Source: Prevotella sp. (GTDB lineage: Bacteria; Bacteroidota; Bacteroidia; Bacteroidales; Bacteroidaceae). Taken from it: a stretch of DNA of 64,000 nt. Every line of letters starts with the position of its first letter. The first letter of the stretch is position 1. The stretch spans positions 49,504 through 113,503 of the forward strand of contig JAFZIY010000029.1 of assembly GCA_017554105.1 (NCBI GenBank), given 5' to 3'. The translations under genes and the position numbers were made by a program. Of the stretch, positions 9,805 to 19,148 are shown piece by piece. The notes below the pieces were generated by a model. The model saw only the letters and a program-made list of their open reading frames with translations. It was not told where the DNA came from and did not search any database.

Positions 9805-11760
9805 TTAACGTACCATATACTTCTTTCCATTCACGATGTAGAGTCCCTTTGGCAGTCCCTCAAGACTTGTAGTGCCACGGCGAACCACCTGTCCGTTGAT
9901 GTTTCTTACGAGGTTGTCCTGTGCCACTTGTGACTTCTCGCTGTTCATAATCTCGCTTATTCCAGTTGTTGATTCTTCTTCGGCAGAGTCGATGAACTTT
10001 GCGTTGTAGCCCATAGAGGCTTTGTTAACTCCGTCATTGCCGCATGTCCAGAAATTGGTATCTGGATCGAATGAGGCATCAATCATGATAATAGAGGTAT
10101 ATGGTTTCCAGATGCCTGTGGTGCGATTTTGGTCTACTTCTGCCATTTCCTTGAATATCTTCACTTCACCGTTCTTCATTCCGAGGAAGTAAGCATACTG
10201 TGGTATCGCCTGTTGGGTGTAGTTACCGACAAAGATGTATTCGCCATCCTCACCTTTCTTGTAATTCGTCCATGGTGTCTGCTGTTCTTCAGGAAGAATG
10301 TTTATACCAGCGATAACCACTCTCTGATTCAGTTGCTTACCTTCCTCCAGTCCGAAGTTCGGGTGAATCATATATGGCTTGTTTGCATAGGTCACGATGT
10401 CGTCTGCTTTCTTGTTCTTTCCTATCCAGTTGCTGAATTGGAATTCTATCGACTTACCGCCCTCAATATCTTTTGTCTCGGCCTTTACGAACTCACATAC
10501 CTCGGTGAAATCGCCGAAAGCGGTGTAGAGTTGTGTCAAGGTGAGGTCGAATGGGAAGCACATGGTGTACCATGTATCGTCAAGGATGTTAGGTACAATG
10601 AAACTTTCCTTTGGTGTGATAATAGAAGTGAGCATAAACTCTTGCCAACCGATATAATCACGATTAGAGTTCATAGTGGCATTAAAGTTGTTTCCTTTTA
10701 TTGGCCATTCCACTCCGTCAATATAATAATCGGGGTAAGCCTCTGGATTCAGGATTCTGCCATTAAGATACTTTTCTCTTGCTGCTTCCGGATAGTGCAG
10801 GACAGCGGGATGAACGCCGTTCTCGCTTACCCAGTCTGAGCGGTCAGTCTCTTCGTCTCTGTTAGGTCTATATTCAATACCACTGTATGTGTCTTTGGGG
10901 TCGAAGGCGTTCTGTGCTGCCTTGGTGTTTTCGCCCAAGACATATACGTCGTGGATATCTGTACCCTTAAATGCCTGTGGGCCAATGAACTCTACATGCT
11001 CAGGTATAACAATCACGCTGAGGTTGTCGCATTCCTGAAATGCGTTGGCACCTATTGTCTTAAGAGTAGTAGGCAAGTGTAATGAGAAAATTTCCGCACG
11101 CTGGAAAGCATTGTCATCAATTAACTCAAGACCTTCTGGCAGGTTGATGCTCTTTGCTGGACAATACTGGAATGCGTTCTTGCCAATCTTCTTTAATCCA
11201 GGGTTGAAAACAATAGTTTCCAAGTTTGTGTCTCCTCCGAATGCGTTGTTTCCGATGCCGGTAACACCTTTACCTATATATACTGATTTAAGAGACTTCA
11301 GGGTTGCACCAATAACAAAAACTTCCTCTTCGCCATTACCCACACCATCAGGAATTATGATGTTCTCAATAGTTGTAGAGTTTTGGAACCAATTAACATG
11401 GACAGGATTGAGGTACTTTGGAAATGTGAAGGTTTTAATCTCTGCAAAGTCATTGTTATATCCAAGAAAAAAAGCACCGTTTTCTCCGTTAAACTTTGTC
11501 ACTTCGGCTGCGTCAAGTTTCTCTACGTTTAATTCTTGTACCAACTTAACCAAGTCCGGTTCGTTTACCTTACCTATTAATTTAATAGATGTACATGCTT
11601 TTTGATCTGCGCTAAGAGAGTTGAAGTCGAACCTGGAAAGTTCTCCTTGATTGTCCGTACTGATTGTGAGAATTCCATTTGCCGGACCAGTTACGGTTAC
11701 GGTCGCATTTACTGCTATTGCGACCATCATCACTGACAATAAAGTTAAGATTTTCTTCAT
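9805..11760 (-). CDS. BspA-type leucine-rich-repeat surface protein with T9SS C-terminal sorting tail
   Basis: ATG at 11760 gives MKKILTLLSVMMVAIAVNA. LRR units are IGKNAFQYC.., IDDNAFQRA.., IGANAFQECDNL.., IGPQAFKGT. C-terminus: ...LPKGLYIVNGKKYMVR. Confidence 0.85.
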   Translation of the reverse strand: MKKILTLLSVMMVAIAVNATVTVTGPANGILTISTDNQGELSRFDFNSLSADQKACTSIKLIGKVNEPDLVKLVQELNVEKLDAAEVTKFNGENGAFFLGYNNDFAEIKTFTFPKYLNPVHVNWFQNSTTIENIIIPDGVGNGEEEVFVIGATLKSLKSVYIGKGVTGIGNNAFGGDTNLETIVFNPGLKKIGKNAFQYCPAKSINLPEGLELIDDNAFQRAEIFSLHLPTTLKTIGANAFQECDNLSVIVIPEHVEFIGPQAFKGTDIHDVYVLGENTKAAQNAFDPKDTYSGIEYRPNRDEETDRSDWVSENGVHPAVLHYPEAAREKYLNGRILNPEAYPDYYIDGVEWPIKGNNFNATMNSNRDYIGWQEFMLTSIITPKESFIVPNILDDTWYTMCFPFDLTLTQLYTAFGDFTEVCEFVKAETKDIEGGKSIEFQFSNWIGKNKKADDIVTYANKPYMIHPNFGLEEGKQLNQRVVIAGINILPEEQQTPWTNYKKGEDGEYIFVGNYTQQAIPQYAYFLGMKNGEVKIFKEMAEVDQNRTTGIWKPYTSIIMIDASFDPDTNFWTCGNDGVNKASMGYNAKFIDSAEEESTTGISEIMNSEKSQVAQDNLVRNINGQVVRRGTTSLEGLPKGLYIVNGKKYMVR

Positions 11761-11845
11761 GCTAAAAATAAAACTGCTAATAAAATGCTTAGTAAATTTT
11801 TCTTGAACAACTATGATTACAGATGCCACTTTTGATTTCGGTGTG

Positions 11846-11853
11846 CAAAATTA
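11846..11853 (-). promoter_or_regulatory. -7 box (TAATTTTG) for the LRR gene
   Basis: Minus strand reads TAATTTTG, about 85 nt upstream of ATG 11760. Confidence 0.45.
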
Positions 11854-12149
11854 TCCTCTTATTTTATATGTGCAAAATATCCAAAAAGAAGTTTTGAGAA
11901 GCGAAACAATATATAATTTCAATGACACATTTTGAAATACAAACGATAGGTAAAAATCGATAAAATAGGGATTTTTGTTTGTTTTTGTGCCAAAACTTGA
12001 TTTGAGTATGCTTTCCCTTGAGGATGTTTACGGATGTTTCATTATCCTTTCGTAATTGTTCCACGAATAGAAGGAATGGGTATTTTCTGTATATTTATAA
12101 CTAAATTGTCTGGCAACAGGCAACCTTATTTGCGATTATGTATTTGCGG

Positions 12150-12222
12150 ACAAAAATAAGTTGGTGCTCCGGCGACCGGACGAGAGGCTACTACTTGTAG
12201 CGCATCTCCACACCAACTTATT
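12150..12222 (-). terminator. Large structured hairpin plus U-run downstream of the M20 gene
   Basis: 12-bp outer stem AATAAGTTGGTG / CACCAACTTATT encloses two sub-hairpins (CCGGcgaCCGG, GCTACtacttGTAGC). On the minus strand it is followed by TTTTTG. Confidence 0.4.
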
Positions 12223-12295
12223 AAAAGAACGAGACAGTGAAAGATATTGTTATTTCAAGACCTCCTAATGAAAGCCTTTCAACTGACGGGGCGAA

Positions 12296-13360
12296 TCATG
12301 CTATTGGTTGCTGGTCGAGCAGTTTGACGTAGGTGTCGATGGCGTCTTCTATCTCGCTTATTTTGATAAATTCGTTGGCGGTATGACTGCGTGCGCTCTC
12401 GCCTGGACCCAATTTCAGCGACGGGAATGACATTACCGACTGGTCGGAAAGAGTGGGTGAGCCGTATGGTTGCTTGCCCATGTCGATGAGACGTGCCACT
12501 ATCGGATGGTCGGCAGGTATGCTTGATGAGTGCAGGTGTGTACTTCTTGCCAACACGTCGCTTTTCAGTTTGTTCTTGATATATTGCAGGACATACTCGT
12601 TCTCATAATACTCGTTGGTGCGTATGTCAACCACGATGTGACATTCGTCGGGCACGACATTGTGCTGTGTGCCAGCGTTTATCATGGTGACATTCATCAG
12701 CGTGGGGCCGAGCAGTGGGCTAACCTTCTTGAACTTGTGGCTGCATAGCCAGTTGAGGTCGTCCAACGCCTCATAGATAGCATTCACTCCCTCGTTTCTT
12801 GCGGCATGTCCCGACTGTCCGTGACTCACTATGTCGAGTACCATCAGTCCTTTCTCGGCTATTGCCGGCTGCATTCCCGTGGGCTCTCCTACAATGGCCA
12901 CGTCTATCTTCGGCAGCAGCGGTAGCACGCGTCGCATGCCGTTCACTCCCGTAACCTCTTCCTCTGCCGTTGCGAGATAGATGAGGTTGTAAGGCTGTTC
13001 ATGCCTTGACAGCACCCGGAAGGCCTGAAGCAGTGACATCAGTCCTCCTCCGCAGTCGTTACTTCCCAGTCCGTACAGCGTGTCGTCGATGATGTCGGGG
13101 TGATAAGGATTCATCGTCCATGATGCCACTGGCTTAACGGTGTCGATGTGGGCGTTGAGAAGAAGGGTGGGCTTCAGCATGTCAATCTCCTTCGTCATGG
13201 CCCATACGTTGTTGGCTTCGCGCCTTGTGCGGAAGCCATATCGCCTCAGTTCCTCCTCCATGAGGTCTGCAGCGCGGTTCTCTTCCCTGCTCACCGACGG
13301 TGTGGCAATCAGTTTTCTCAACAGCGTAACGGCATCATTCAAGTATTCTTCCTTGTTCAT
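12296..13360 (-). CDS. M20-family metallohydrolase (ArgE/DapE-like deacylase)
   Basis: 354 aa. Motifs: LLLNAHIDTV, GLGSNDCGGG, AEEEV, VGEPT, GHAA. Confidence 0.85.
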   Translation of the reverse strand: MNKEEYLNDAVTLLRKLIATPSVSREENRAADLMEEELRRYGFRTRREANNVWAMTKEIDMLKPTLLLNAHIDTVKPVASWTMNPYHPDIIDDTLYGLGSNDCGGGLMSLLQAFRVLSRHEQPYNLIYLATAEEEVTGVNGMRRVLPLLPKIDVAIVGEPTGMQPAIAEKGLMVLDIVSHGQSGHAARNEGVNAIYEALDDLNWLCSHKFKKVSPLLGPTLMNVTMINAGTQHNVVPDECHIVVDIRTNEYYENEYVLQYIKNKLKSDVLARSTHLHSSSIPADHPIVARLIDMGKQPYGSPTLSDQSVMSFPSLKLGPGESARSHTANEFIKISEIEDAIDTYVKLLDQQPIA

Positions 13361-13432
13361 GGTTCAAAAAATTGAATACCTCTCGCCCCTTCATAGCGGG
13401 CGTTACGGCGGGGTTATGTTTGCTTTCTGCTG

Positions 13433-13440
13433 CAAAGATA
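13433..13440 (-). promoter_or_regulatory. -7 box (TATCTTTG) for the M20 gene
   Basis: Minus strand reads TATCTTTG, about 75 nt upstream of ATG 13360. Confidence 0.45.
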
Positions 13441-13493
13441 ATGAAAATATGGTTTTTAACATGCAATATTTTTGATTTTTCACAAATTCTTTT

Positions 13494-13501
13494 TACTTTT
13501 G
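13494..13501 (+). promoter_or_regulatory. -7 box (TACTTTTG) for the acyl-CoA synthetase gene
   Basis: TACTTTTG lies 40 nt upstream of ATG 13541. Confidence 0.5.
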
Positions 13502-13540
13502 CAAAATGAGAGGAATGAACAACATATAAGGAGAAATCTT

Positions 13541-15349
13541 ATGCAGACAAAATGTCATCTTTCGGTGCTTATACACCAGCAGGCAAAGAAATACGGCGAC
13601 AGGGAAGTGCTTGTGTACCGTGATTTCGGCAGCCTGAAGTGGAAGTCCATGTCATGGAACGTTTTCTCAGACAAGGTGAAACAGGTGTCCAACGCCATGC
13701 TGAATCTCGGTATCGGCGTGCAGGAGAACGTTGGCGTGTTTGCGCAAAACTGCGTGCAATACCTTTTCACGGACTTCGGTGCCTTCGGTATCCGTGCTGT
13801 CACAGTGCCGTTATATGCCACAAGCAGCGAACAGCAGATACAGTATATCGTCGGCGATGCCCAGATACGTTTCCTTTTTGTTGGCGAGCAGGAGCAGTAT
13901 GACAAGGCGCAGCGTGTACTTTCGCTATGTCCCACGCTTGAGCGTATTATTGTTTTCGACCATTCGGTACGCATAAAGCAGCACGATTCCAATGCCATCT
14001 ACTTCGATGATTTCATGAAACTGGGTGAGAACAACCCGCGTCAGACAGAGGTAGAGAACCTGTACAAGCAGGCGAATGGTGATGACCTTGCAAACATCCT
14101 CTATACCAGTGGCACCACGGGCGACTCCAAGGGTGTAATGCTGACTCACGGACAGTATTCCGCTGCCTTCGAGGCCAACAGCAAGTGTGTGCCTGTCGGC
14201 GAGAAAGACCGTGTTATGATGTTCCTCCCACTGACACATATCTTTGAGCGAGCATGGGACTTCTATAGTCTCACTCAGGGTGCGACCATCATCGTGAACA
14301 CCTATCCGAAGGAGGTTCAGCAGTCGATGCGTGAGACGCATCCCACGTGTATGAGTGCTGTTCCTCGCTTCTGGGAGAAAGTATATATTGGAGTGCGCGA
14401 GCGCATTGAGTCGTCGAGTGCCATCAAACGCAAGCTTTTCAAGCAGGCGCTGGCAGTAGGCAGAAAATACAATATCGAGTATCTCAGTCGTGGCAAGCGT
14501 CCCTCGATTTACCTTACATCGAAGTACAAGATGTACGACAGGGCAGTCTTCTCACTTGTTCGCAAGCAGTTGGGACTTGAGAATGCCAATTTCTTCCCTA
14601 CGGCAGGTTCCTATGTAAGTACAGAGGTAGAGGAGTTCATCCATTCCATCGGAATAGGTATGATGGTGGGATATGGCTTGACGGAGAGTCTTGCCACCGT
14701 ATCCAACGACCATAAGGGTGAGCCATATACCATAGGAAGCGTGGGACGTCCGGTGGAGGGCCTCGATATAAAGATTGGCGAGAACGACGAGATACTCCTT
14801 AAGGGACCTACCATTACCAAGGGATACTACAAGCGCGAGGCACTGAACAAGGACTCGTTCACCGAGGACGGTTACTTCCGTACGGGCGACGCCGGCTATC
14901 TGAAGGATGGTGAACTGTTCCTGAAGGAGCGCATCAAGGAACTCTTCAAGACCTCTAACGGCAAGTATATTGCTCCTCAGATGATAGAGTCGAAACTCCT
15001 TGTTGACAAGTACATCGACCAGATTGCCATAATTGCCGACCAAAGGAAGTTTGTCTCGGCACTCATAGTGCCCGATTTTGCATTGCTTGAGGAGTACGCA
15101 CGCGAGAATGACATAGAGTTCCGCAAGCGTGAAGACCTGTGTCAGAATCCTCGGATTATAGCAATGCTGAAGGAGCGCATCGAAACACTGCAGCAACAGT
15201 TGGCTGGCTACGAGCAGATAAAGCGTTTCACGCTGATTCCTCATAACTTCACTATGGAGGCAGGCGAACTTACCAATACACTGAAGATAAAGCGCCGTGT
15301 GCTCAATAAGAACTATGCCGCAGAAATAGAGAAGATGTACGAGGAGTAA
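13541..15349 (+). CDS. Long-chain-fatty-acid--CoA ligase (AMP-binding family)
   Basis: ORF 13472..15349; the ATG at 13541 follows the promoter box. AMP-binding motif YTSGTTGDSKGV, plus GYGLTES, TGDAG and the KTSNGKYIAP tail. Confidence 0.9.
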   Translation: MQTKCHLSVLIHQQAKKYGDREVLVYRDFGSLKWKSMSWNVFSDKVKQVSNAMLNLGIGVQENVGVFAQNCVQYLFTDFGAFGIRAVTVPLYATSSEQQIQYIVGDAQIRFLFVGEQEQYDKAQRVLSLCPTLERIIVFDHSVRIKQHDSNAIYFDDFMKLGENNPRQTEVENLYKQANGDDLANILYTSGTTGDSKGVMLTHGQYSAAFEANSKCVPVGEKDRVMMFLPLTHIFERAWDFYSLTQGATIIVNTYPKEVQQSMRETHPTCMSAVPRFWEKVYIGVRERIESSSAIKRKLFKQALAVGRKYNIEYLSRGKRPSIYLTSKYKMYDRAVFSLVRKQLGLENANFFPTAGSYVSTEVEEFIHSIGIGMMVGYGLTESLATVSNDHKGEPYTIGSVGRPVEGLDIKIGENDEILLKGPTITKGYYKREALNKDSFTEDGYFRTGDAGYLKDGELFLKERIKELFKTSNGKYIAPQMIESKLLVDKYIDQIAIIADQRKFVSALIVPDFALLEEYARENDIEFRKREDLCQNPRIIAMLKERIETLQQQLAGYEQIKRFTLIPHNFTMEAGELTNTLKIKRRVLNKNYAAEIEKMYEE

Positions 15350-15424
15350 ATTGTTCAAATATAACAGAATAATATAAAAGTGCCCGAAATCCCTTTCTGG
15401 GAGTAGCATAGGGCGGATAAATGT

Positions 15425-16546
15425 ATGATTACAGCAGAACAACTAAAAGATGTGTTACAGCGTGCCGATGACCTGAACAGATATCTTGACATCGACCGCA
15501 AGAAGATGGAATATGAGGAGGAGGACCTGCGCACACAGGCGCCCGACTTCTGGGATGACCCGAAGCGTGCTCAGGTGCAGATGAAGAAGGTGAAGGACAT
15601 CAAGAAGTGGATTGATGGATACAATCAGGTGCGCCAGATGGCGGACGAACTGCAACTGGCGTTCGACTTCTACCATGAGGAGATGGTCACGGAGGAAGAG
15701 GTTGACGAGGATTACCGCAAGGCGATAGAGGCAATCGAGGACCTTGAACTGAAGAACATGCTGCGCCAGAAGGAAGACCCGATGGACTGCGTGCTGAAGA
15801 TAAACTCCGGTGCCGGCGGTACCGAGAGCCAGGACTGGGCGTCGATGCTCATGCGAATGTATATGCGATGGGCTGAGTCTCATGGCTACAAGGTAAGCAT
15901 CTCGAACCTTCAGGACGGCGACGAGGCTGGTATCAAGAGTGTTACGATGGAGATTGAGGGCGGCGAATATGCCTACGGTTACCTTAAAAGCGAGAACGGC
16001 GTGCACCGTCTGGTGCGCGTGTCGCCTTTCAATGCGCAGGGTAAGCGCATGACTTCTTTCGCCTCTGTCTTCGTTTCACCTCTCGTTGACGACACCATAG
16101 AGGTATATGTTGACCCTGCGAAACTGTCGTGGGACACGTTCCGAAGCAGTGGAGCCGGCGGTCAGAACGTCAACAAGGTTGAGTCGGGAGTGCGTCTGCG
16201 CTATTGGTACACCGACCCTGACACCGGCGAGGAAGAGGAGATACTCATCGAGAACACTGAGACGCGCGATCAGCCTAAGAACAAGGAGAAGGCATTGCTG
16301 CTCCTCAAGTCGCAACTCTACGACCGTGCCATGAAGAAACGCCTTGAGGCACAGGCGAAGATTGAGGCAGGCAAGAAAAAGATTGAGTGGGGATCGCAGA
16401 TACGTAGTTATGTCTTCGATGACCGTCGCGTGAAGGACCATCGCACCAACTACCAGACCTCGGATGTCGATGGAGTGATGGATGGCAAGATAGACGACTT
16501 CATAAAGGCATATCTCATGGAGTTCCCCGTCAACGATGAGGAATAA
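15425..16546 (+). CDS. prfB: Peptide chain release factor 2, single uninterrupted frame
   Basis: Motifs SGAGGQNVNKVESGVRL (GGQ) and SPF. The region equivalent to the E. coli frameshift site reads RYL-DID (tat ctt gac) in frame. Confidence 0.95.
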   Translation: MITAEQLKDVLQRADDLNRYLDIDRKKMEYEEEDLRTQAPDFWDDPKRAQVQMKKVKDIKKWIDGYNQVRQMADELQLAFDFYHEEMVTEEEVDEDYRKAIEAIEDLELKNMLRQKEDPMDCVLKINSGAGGTESQDWASMLMRMYMRWAESHGYKVSISNLQDGDEAGIKSVTMEIEGGEYAYGYLKSENGVHRLVRVSPFNAQGKRMTSFASVFVSPLVDDTIEVYVDPAKLSWDTFRSSGAGGQNVNKVESGVRLRYWYTDPDTGEEEEILIENTETRDQPKNKEKALLLLKSQLYDRAMKKRLEAQAKIEAGKKKIEWGSQIRSYVFDDRRVKDHRTNYQTSDVDGVMDGKIDDFIKAYLMEFPVNDEE

Positions 16547-16581
16547 ACAGAATATAATTTAAACCTAAAATAATCGTAATT

Positions 16582-16719
16582 ATGAGCCAGAAAAGAAAGA
16601 ATCAGCGTGCAGCACGTGCTGCAAAGCAGGAAAAGCAGGCACAGACAGTGGTGAAATGGATTTTCGGAACATTTGTTCTCGTTGCCCTTTTGGCACTTCT
16701 CTATGTCGCTTTCATGTAA
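16582..16719 (+). CDS. Small basic, tail-anchored membrane protein (45 aa), hypothetical
   Basis: Below the ORF-track cutoff. My translation is MSQKRKNQRAARAAKQEKQAQTVVKWIFGTFVLVALLALLYVAFM. Confidence 0.35.
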   Translation: MSQKRKNQRAARAAKQEKQAQTVVKWIFGTFVLVALLALLYVAFM

Positions 16720-16842
16720 AAGAATGTTGTAGGGTGCAAGGATTCGGGAGCGGTTGCCTTCGGTGTTTGGGAATTAGTCGTTTGCTGTTCCAATCGCCGA
16801 AGGCGACAACTCGTAACATCCTCCCCGTAATAACTTGTGATT

Positions 16843-17358
16843 ATGAGCGGATTTGAGATAGAACGCAAGTTTCTCGTCAGAGGCGAGGATTTCAAGCAAC
16901 AGGCAGAGTCGAGCAGTCATATCAGACAAGGCTATATCCTCAGTGAGAGAGGGCGCACCGTGAGGGTAAGGATACGTGATGACCGTGGCTATCTTACCAT
17001 CAAGGGACCTTCCGAGAACGGAGGACTGTCGCGCTATGAGTTCGAGAAGGAGATAACCTTGGACGAGGCAGAGCACCTCATGGCGATGTGCGAGCCTGGT
17101 GTTGTCGACAAACGCCGTTTCCTTGTGCCTTTCAAGGGACATGTCTTCGAGGTGGATGAGTTCTATGGCGATAACGAAGGCCTTGTTTTTGCGGAGGTGG
17201 AGTTGGGCGATGAGAACGAGGCAATCGAAAAACCCGATTTCATCGGTCCTGAGGTAACTGGCGACAGGCGTTTCTATAACTCATATCTCAGAAAGAGGCC
17301 TTACCTGCTCTGGCGCGCCACCATGCCAGAAGAATACCGGCACCCGCGGCAAGGATGA
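16843..17358 (+). CDS. CYTH-domain protein (CyaB/thiamine-triphosphatase-like)
   Basis: EIERKFLV start motif, plus RVRI, LTIKG, EFE and FAEVEL strands. ATG at 16843 (16837 is GTG). Confidence 0.85.
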   Translation: MSGFEIERKFLVRGEDFKQQAESSSHIRQGYILSERGRTVRVRIRDDRGYLTIKGPSENGGLSRYEFEKEITLDEAEHLMAMCEPGVVDKRRFLVPFKGHVFEVDEFYGDNEGLVFAEVELGDENEAIEKPDFIGPEVTGDRRFYNSYLRKRPYLLWRATMPEEYRHPRQG

Positions 17359-17677
17359 CGCCAACGGCGTTGGCAGCGAAGTCCATCCAGTCGCCACTGC
17401 GCCGTCCTCCAGTGCAGTATGCCTGTAGTATCTCTATCACGCCGCTCATCACTATCGGGGCGATGACGGCAAACAGCAGCAGTTTCATCGGTGACAGTTT
17501 CTTGTGCTTGAGCAGGTACTCAAGCCATATCACGAGGCATGTGCCCCCATACATGGCGATGTGAGCCCACTTGTCTATCAGCGACACATTGTCGAGAGGA
17601 GTCTCGGGGACATCGATGAAGCACAGCACCCATATCATGGCTATAAACAACCATGACACAGGGTATTTCTTAAACAT
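17288..17677 (-). CDS. VanZ-family membrane protein
   Basis: ORF 17288..17695 (GTG); first ATG at 17677. Four TM segments, DKWAH and EILQ motifs. Its 3' end overlaps the CYTH 3' end by 71 nt. Confidence 0.75.
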   Translation of the reverse strand: MFKKYPVSWLFIAMIWVLCFIDVPETPLDNVSLIDKWAHIAMYGGTCLVIWLEYLLKHKKLSPMKLLLFAVIAPIVMSGVIEILQAYCTGGRRSGDWMDFAANAVGVILAAGAGILLAWWRARAGKASF

Positions 17678-17715
17678 TTGTATGTATTTTGTCACTTTTG
17701 CTTCTGATTATGATG

Positions 17716-17723
17716 CAAAAGTA
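17716..17723 (-). promoter_or_regulatory. -7 box (TACTTTTG) for the VanZ gene
   Basis: Minus strand reads TACTTTTG. Confidence 0.45.
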
Positions 17724-17735
17724 CTATTTTTTTTA

Positions 17736-17743
17736 TAATTTTG
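17736..17743 (+). promoter_or_regulatory. -7 box (TAATTTTG) for the SNF transporter pair
   Basis: TAATTTTG lies 31 nt upstream of ATG 17774. Confidence 0.5.
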
Positions 17744-17773
17744 CACCCGATAAACGTCGAAAGTTAATCAAAA

Positions 17774-19135
17774 ATGTCTAATCAGGAAAGAGGAAACTTC
17801 GGAACGAAGCTCGGTGTGATACTCGCTACTGCCGGTGGTGCCGTCGGTTTGGGCAACATCTGGCGCTTTCCATACGTCTGCGGTCAGAACGGAGGTGCTG
17901 CTTTCATTATTATATATATAGGCTGTATCCTGCTGATGGGACTTCCGGTGATGCTGTGTGAGTTTATTATCGGCCGTCATGCGCAGGCGAACACGGCACG
18001 CGCCTATACTAAACTTTCCAACGGAAGGCCATGGAAATATATCGGATATCTGGGAGTGCTCACCGCTGCTCTCATTATCGGATATTACGGTGTGGTTGCC
18101 GGATGGACACTTGAGTATATGTTTGCCTCGATAATAGGAAAGATGCACGGCACTCCCGAGTATTTCAAACAATATTTCACCGAATTCTCTCACAATCCCA
18201 TAAAGCCCATAATATGGATGATACTGCTCGTGGGAATGACTCATTTCGTCATCGTTCACGGTGTGCAGCGCGGTATAGAGCGTGCCTCCAAGGTCATGAT
18301 GCCGGTGCTTTTCATCCTTCTCCTAGTGCTCGTCGTATGTGCCGTGTCGCTACCGGGAGCGTCCAAGGGTATAGAGTTCCTTTTCAAGCCTGACTTCTCG
18401 AAAGTGAATCACAACACCTTCATTGAGGCACTTGGACAGTCGTTCTATTCACTTAGCCTTGCCATGGGCTGTATATGCACCTATGCCAGTTATTTCAAAC
18501 GTGAGACAAACCTCACGAGGTCGGCATTTCAGATAGCGTCGATAGATACCCTGGTGGCAATTCTCGCAGGTCTGCTCATCTTCCCCGCCGCCCTTTCCGT
18601 AGGTGTGAATCCCGACTCCGGGCCGTCGCTCATCTTCATCACGTTGCCCAATGTCTTCGAACAGGCATTCGGCAGTGTGCCATGGTTGGGCTATGTAGTC
18701 AGCATAGCGTTCTATCTGTTGCTCTCCATCGCTGCCCTCACCAGCAATATCTCGCTCCATGAGGTATGCACCAGTTTCCTCTCCGAGGAACTGAAGGTTG
18801 GTCGCAAGCGTGCCGCTGCAATGGTGTCGGTGGGCTGCATCGTCATCGGAGCCTTCTGCTCGCTGTCCCTTTGTGGTTACGAGTGGCTGAAGGTATTCGG
18901 TATGTCACTCTTTGATTTCTTCGACTGGTTCACTGCAAATGTATGCCTCACTCTCGGCGGTTTCTTCACCTGCCTCTTCGTTGGCTGGTATGTTGACCAC
19001 AAGATAGTACGCGATGAACTGAGCAACTGGGGTACTGTGCGTGTCCCGCATTTCCATACGATGGTTTTTCTTTTGAAATATGTCTGTCCTGTGCTGGTAG
19101 TATTCATCTTCCTGCATCAGTTTGGATGGGTATAA
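17774..19135 (+). CDS. Sodium-dependent transporter, SNF (neurotransmitter:sodium symporter) family
   Basis: GLGNIWRFPY near the N-terminus and about 11-12 TM segments. Confidence 0.9.
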   Translation: MSNQERGNFGTKLGVILATAGGAVGLGNIWRFPYVCGQNGGAAFIIIYIGCILLMGLPVMLCEFIIGRHAQANTARAYTKLSNGRPWKYIGYLGVLTAALIIGYYGVVAGWTLEYMFASIIGKMHGTPEYFKQYFTEFSHNPIKPIIWMILLVGMTHFVIVHGVQRGIERASKVMMPVLFILLLVLVVCAVSLPGASKGIEFLFKPDFSKVNHNTFIEALGQSFYSLSLAMGCICTYASYFKRETNLTRSAFQIASIDTLVAILAGLLIFPAALSVGVNPDSGPSLIFITLPNVFEQAFGSVPWLGYVVSIAFYLLLSIAALTSNISLHEVCTSFLSEELKVGRKRAAAMVSVGCIVIGAFCSLSLCGYEWLKVFGMSLFDFFDWFTANVCLTLGGFFTCLFVGWYVDHKIVRDELSNWGTVRVPHFHTMVFLLKYVCPVLVVFIFLHQFGWV

Positions 19136-19148
19136 AGCCATAAACGAT

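Noticed and set aside
14552-15442. 296-aa minus-strand ORF
   Set aside because: It is antisense to the acyl-CoA synthetase 3' half, with no motifs.
15485-15500. Possible programmed +1 frameshift site in prfB
   Set aside because: The sequence is tat ctt gac (RYL-D) with no in-frame TGA, and the whole RF2 is one ORF. So there is no frameshift here. That is known for a minority of bacteria and is not novel.
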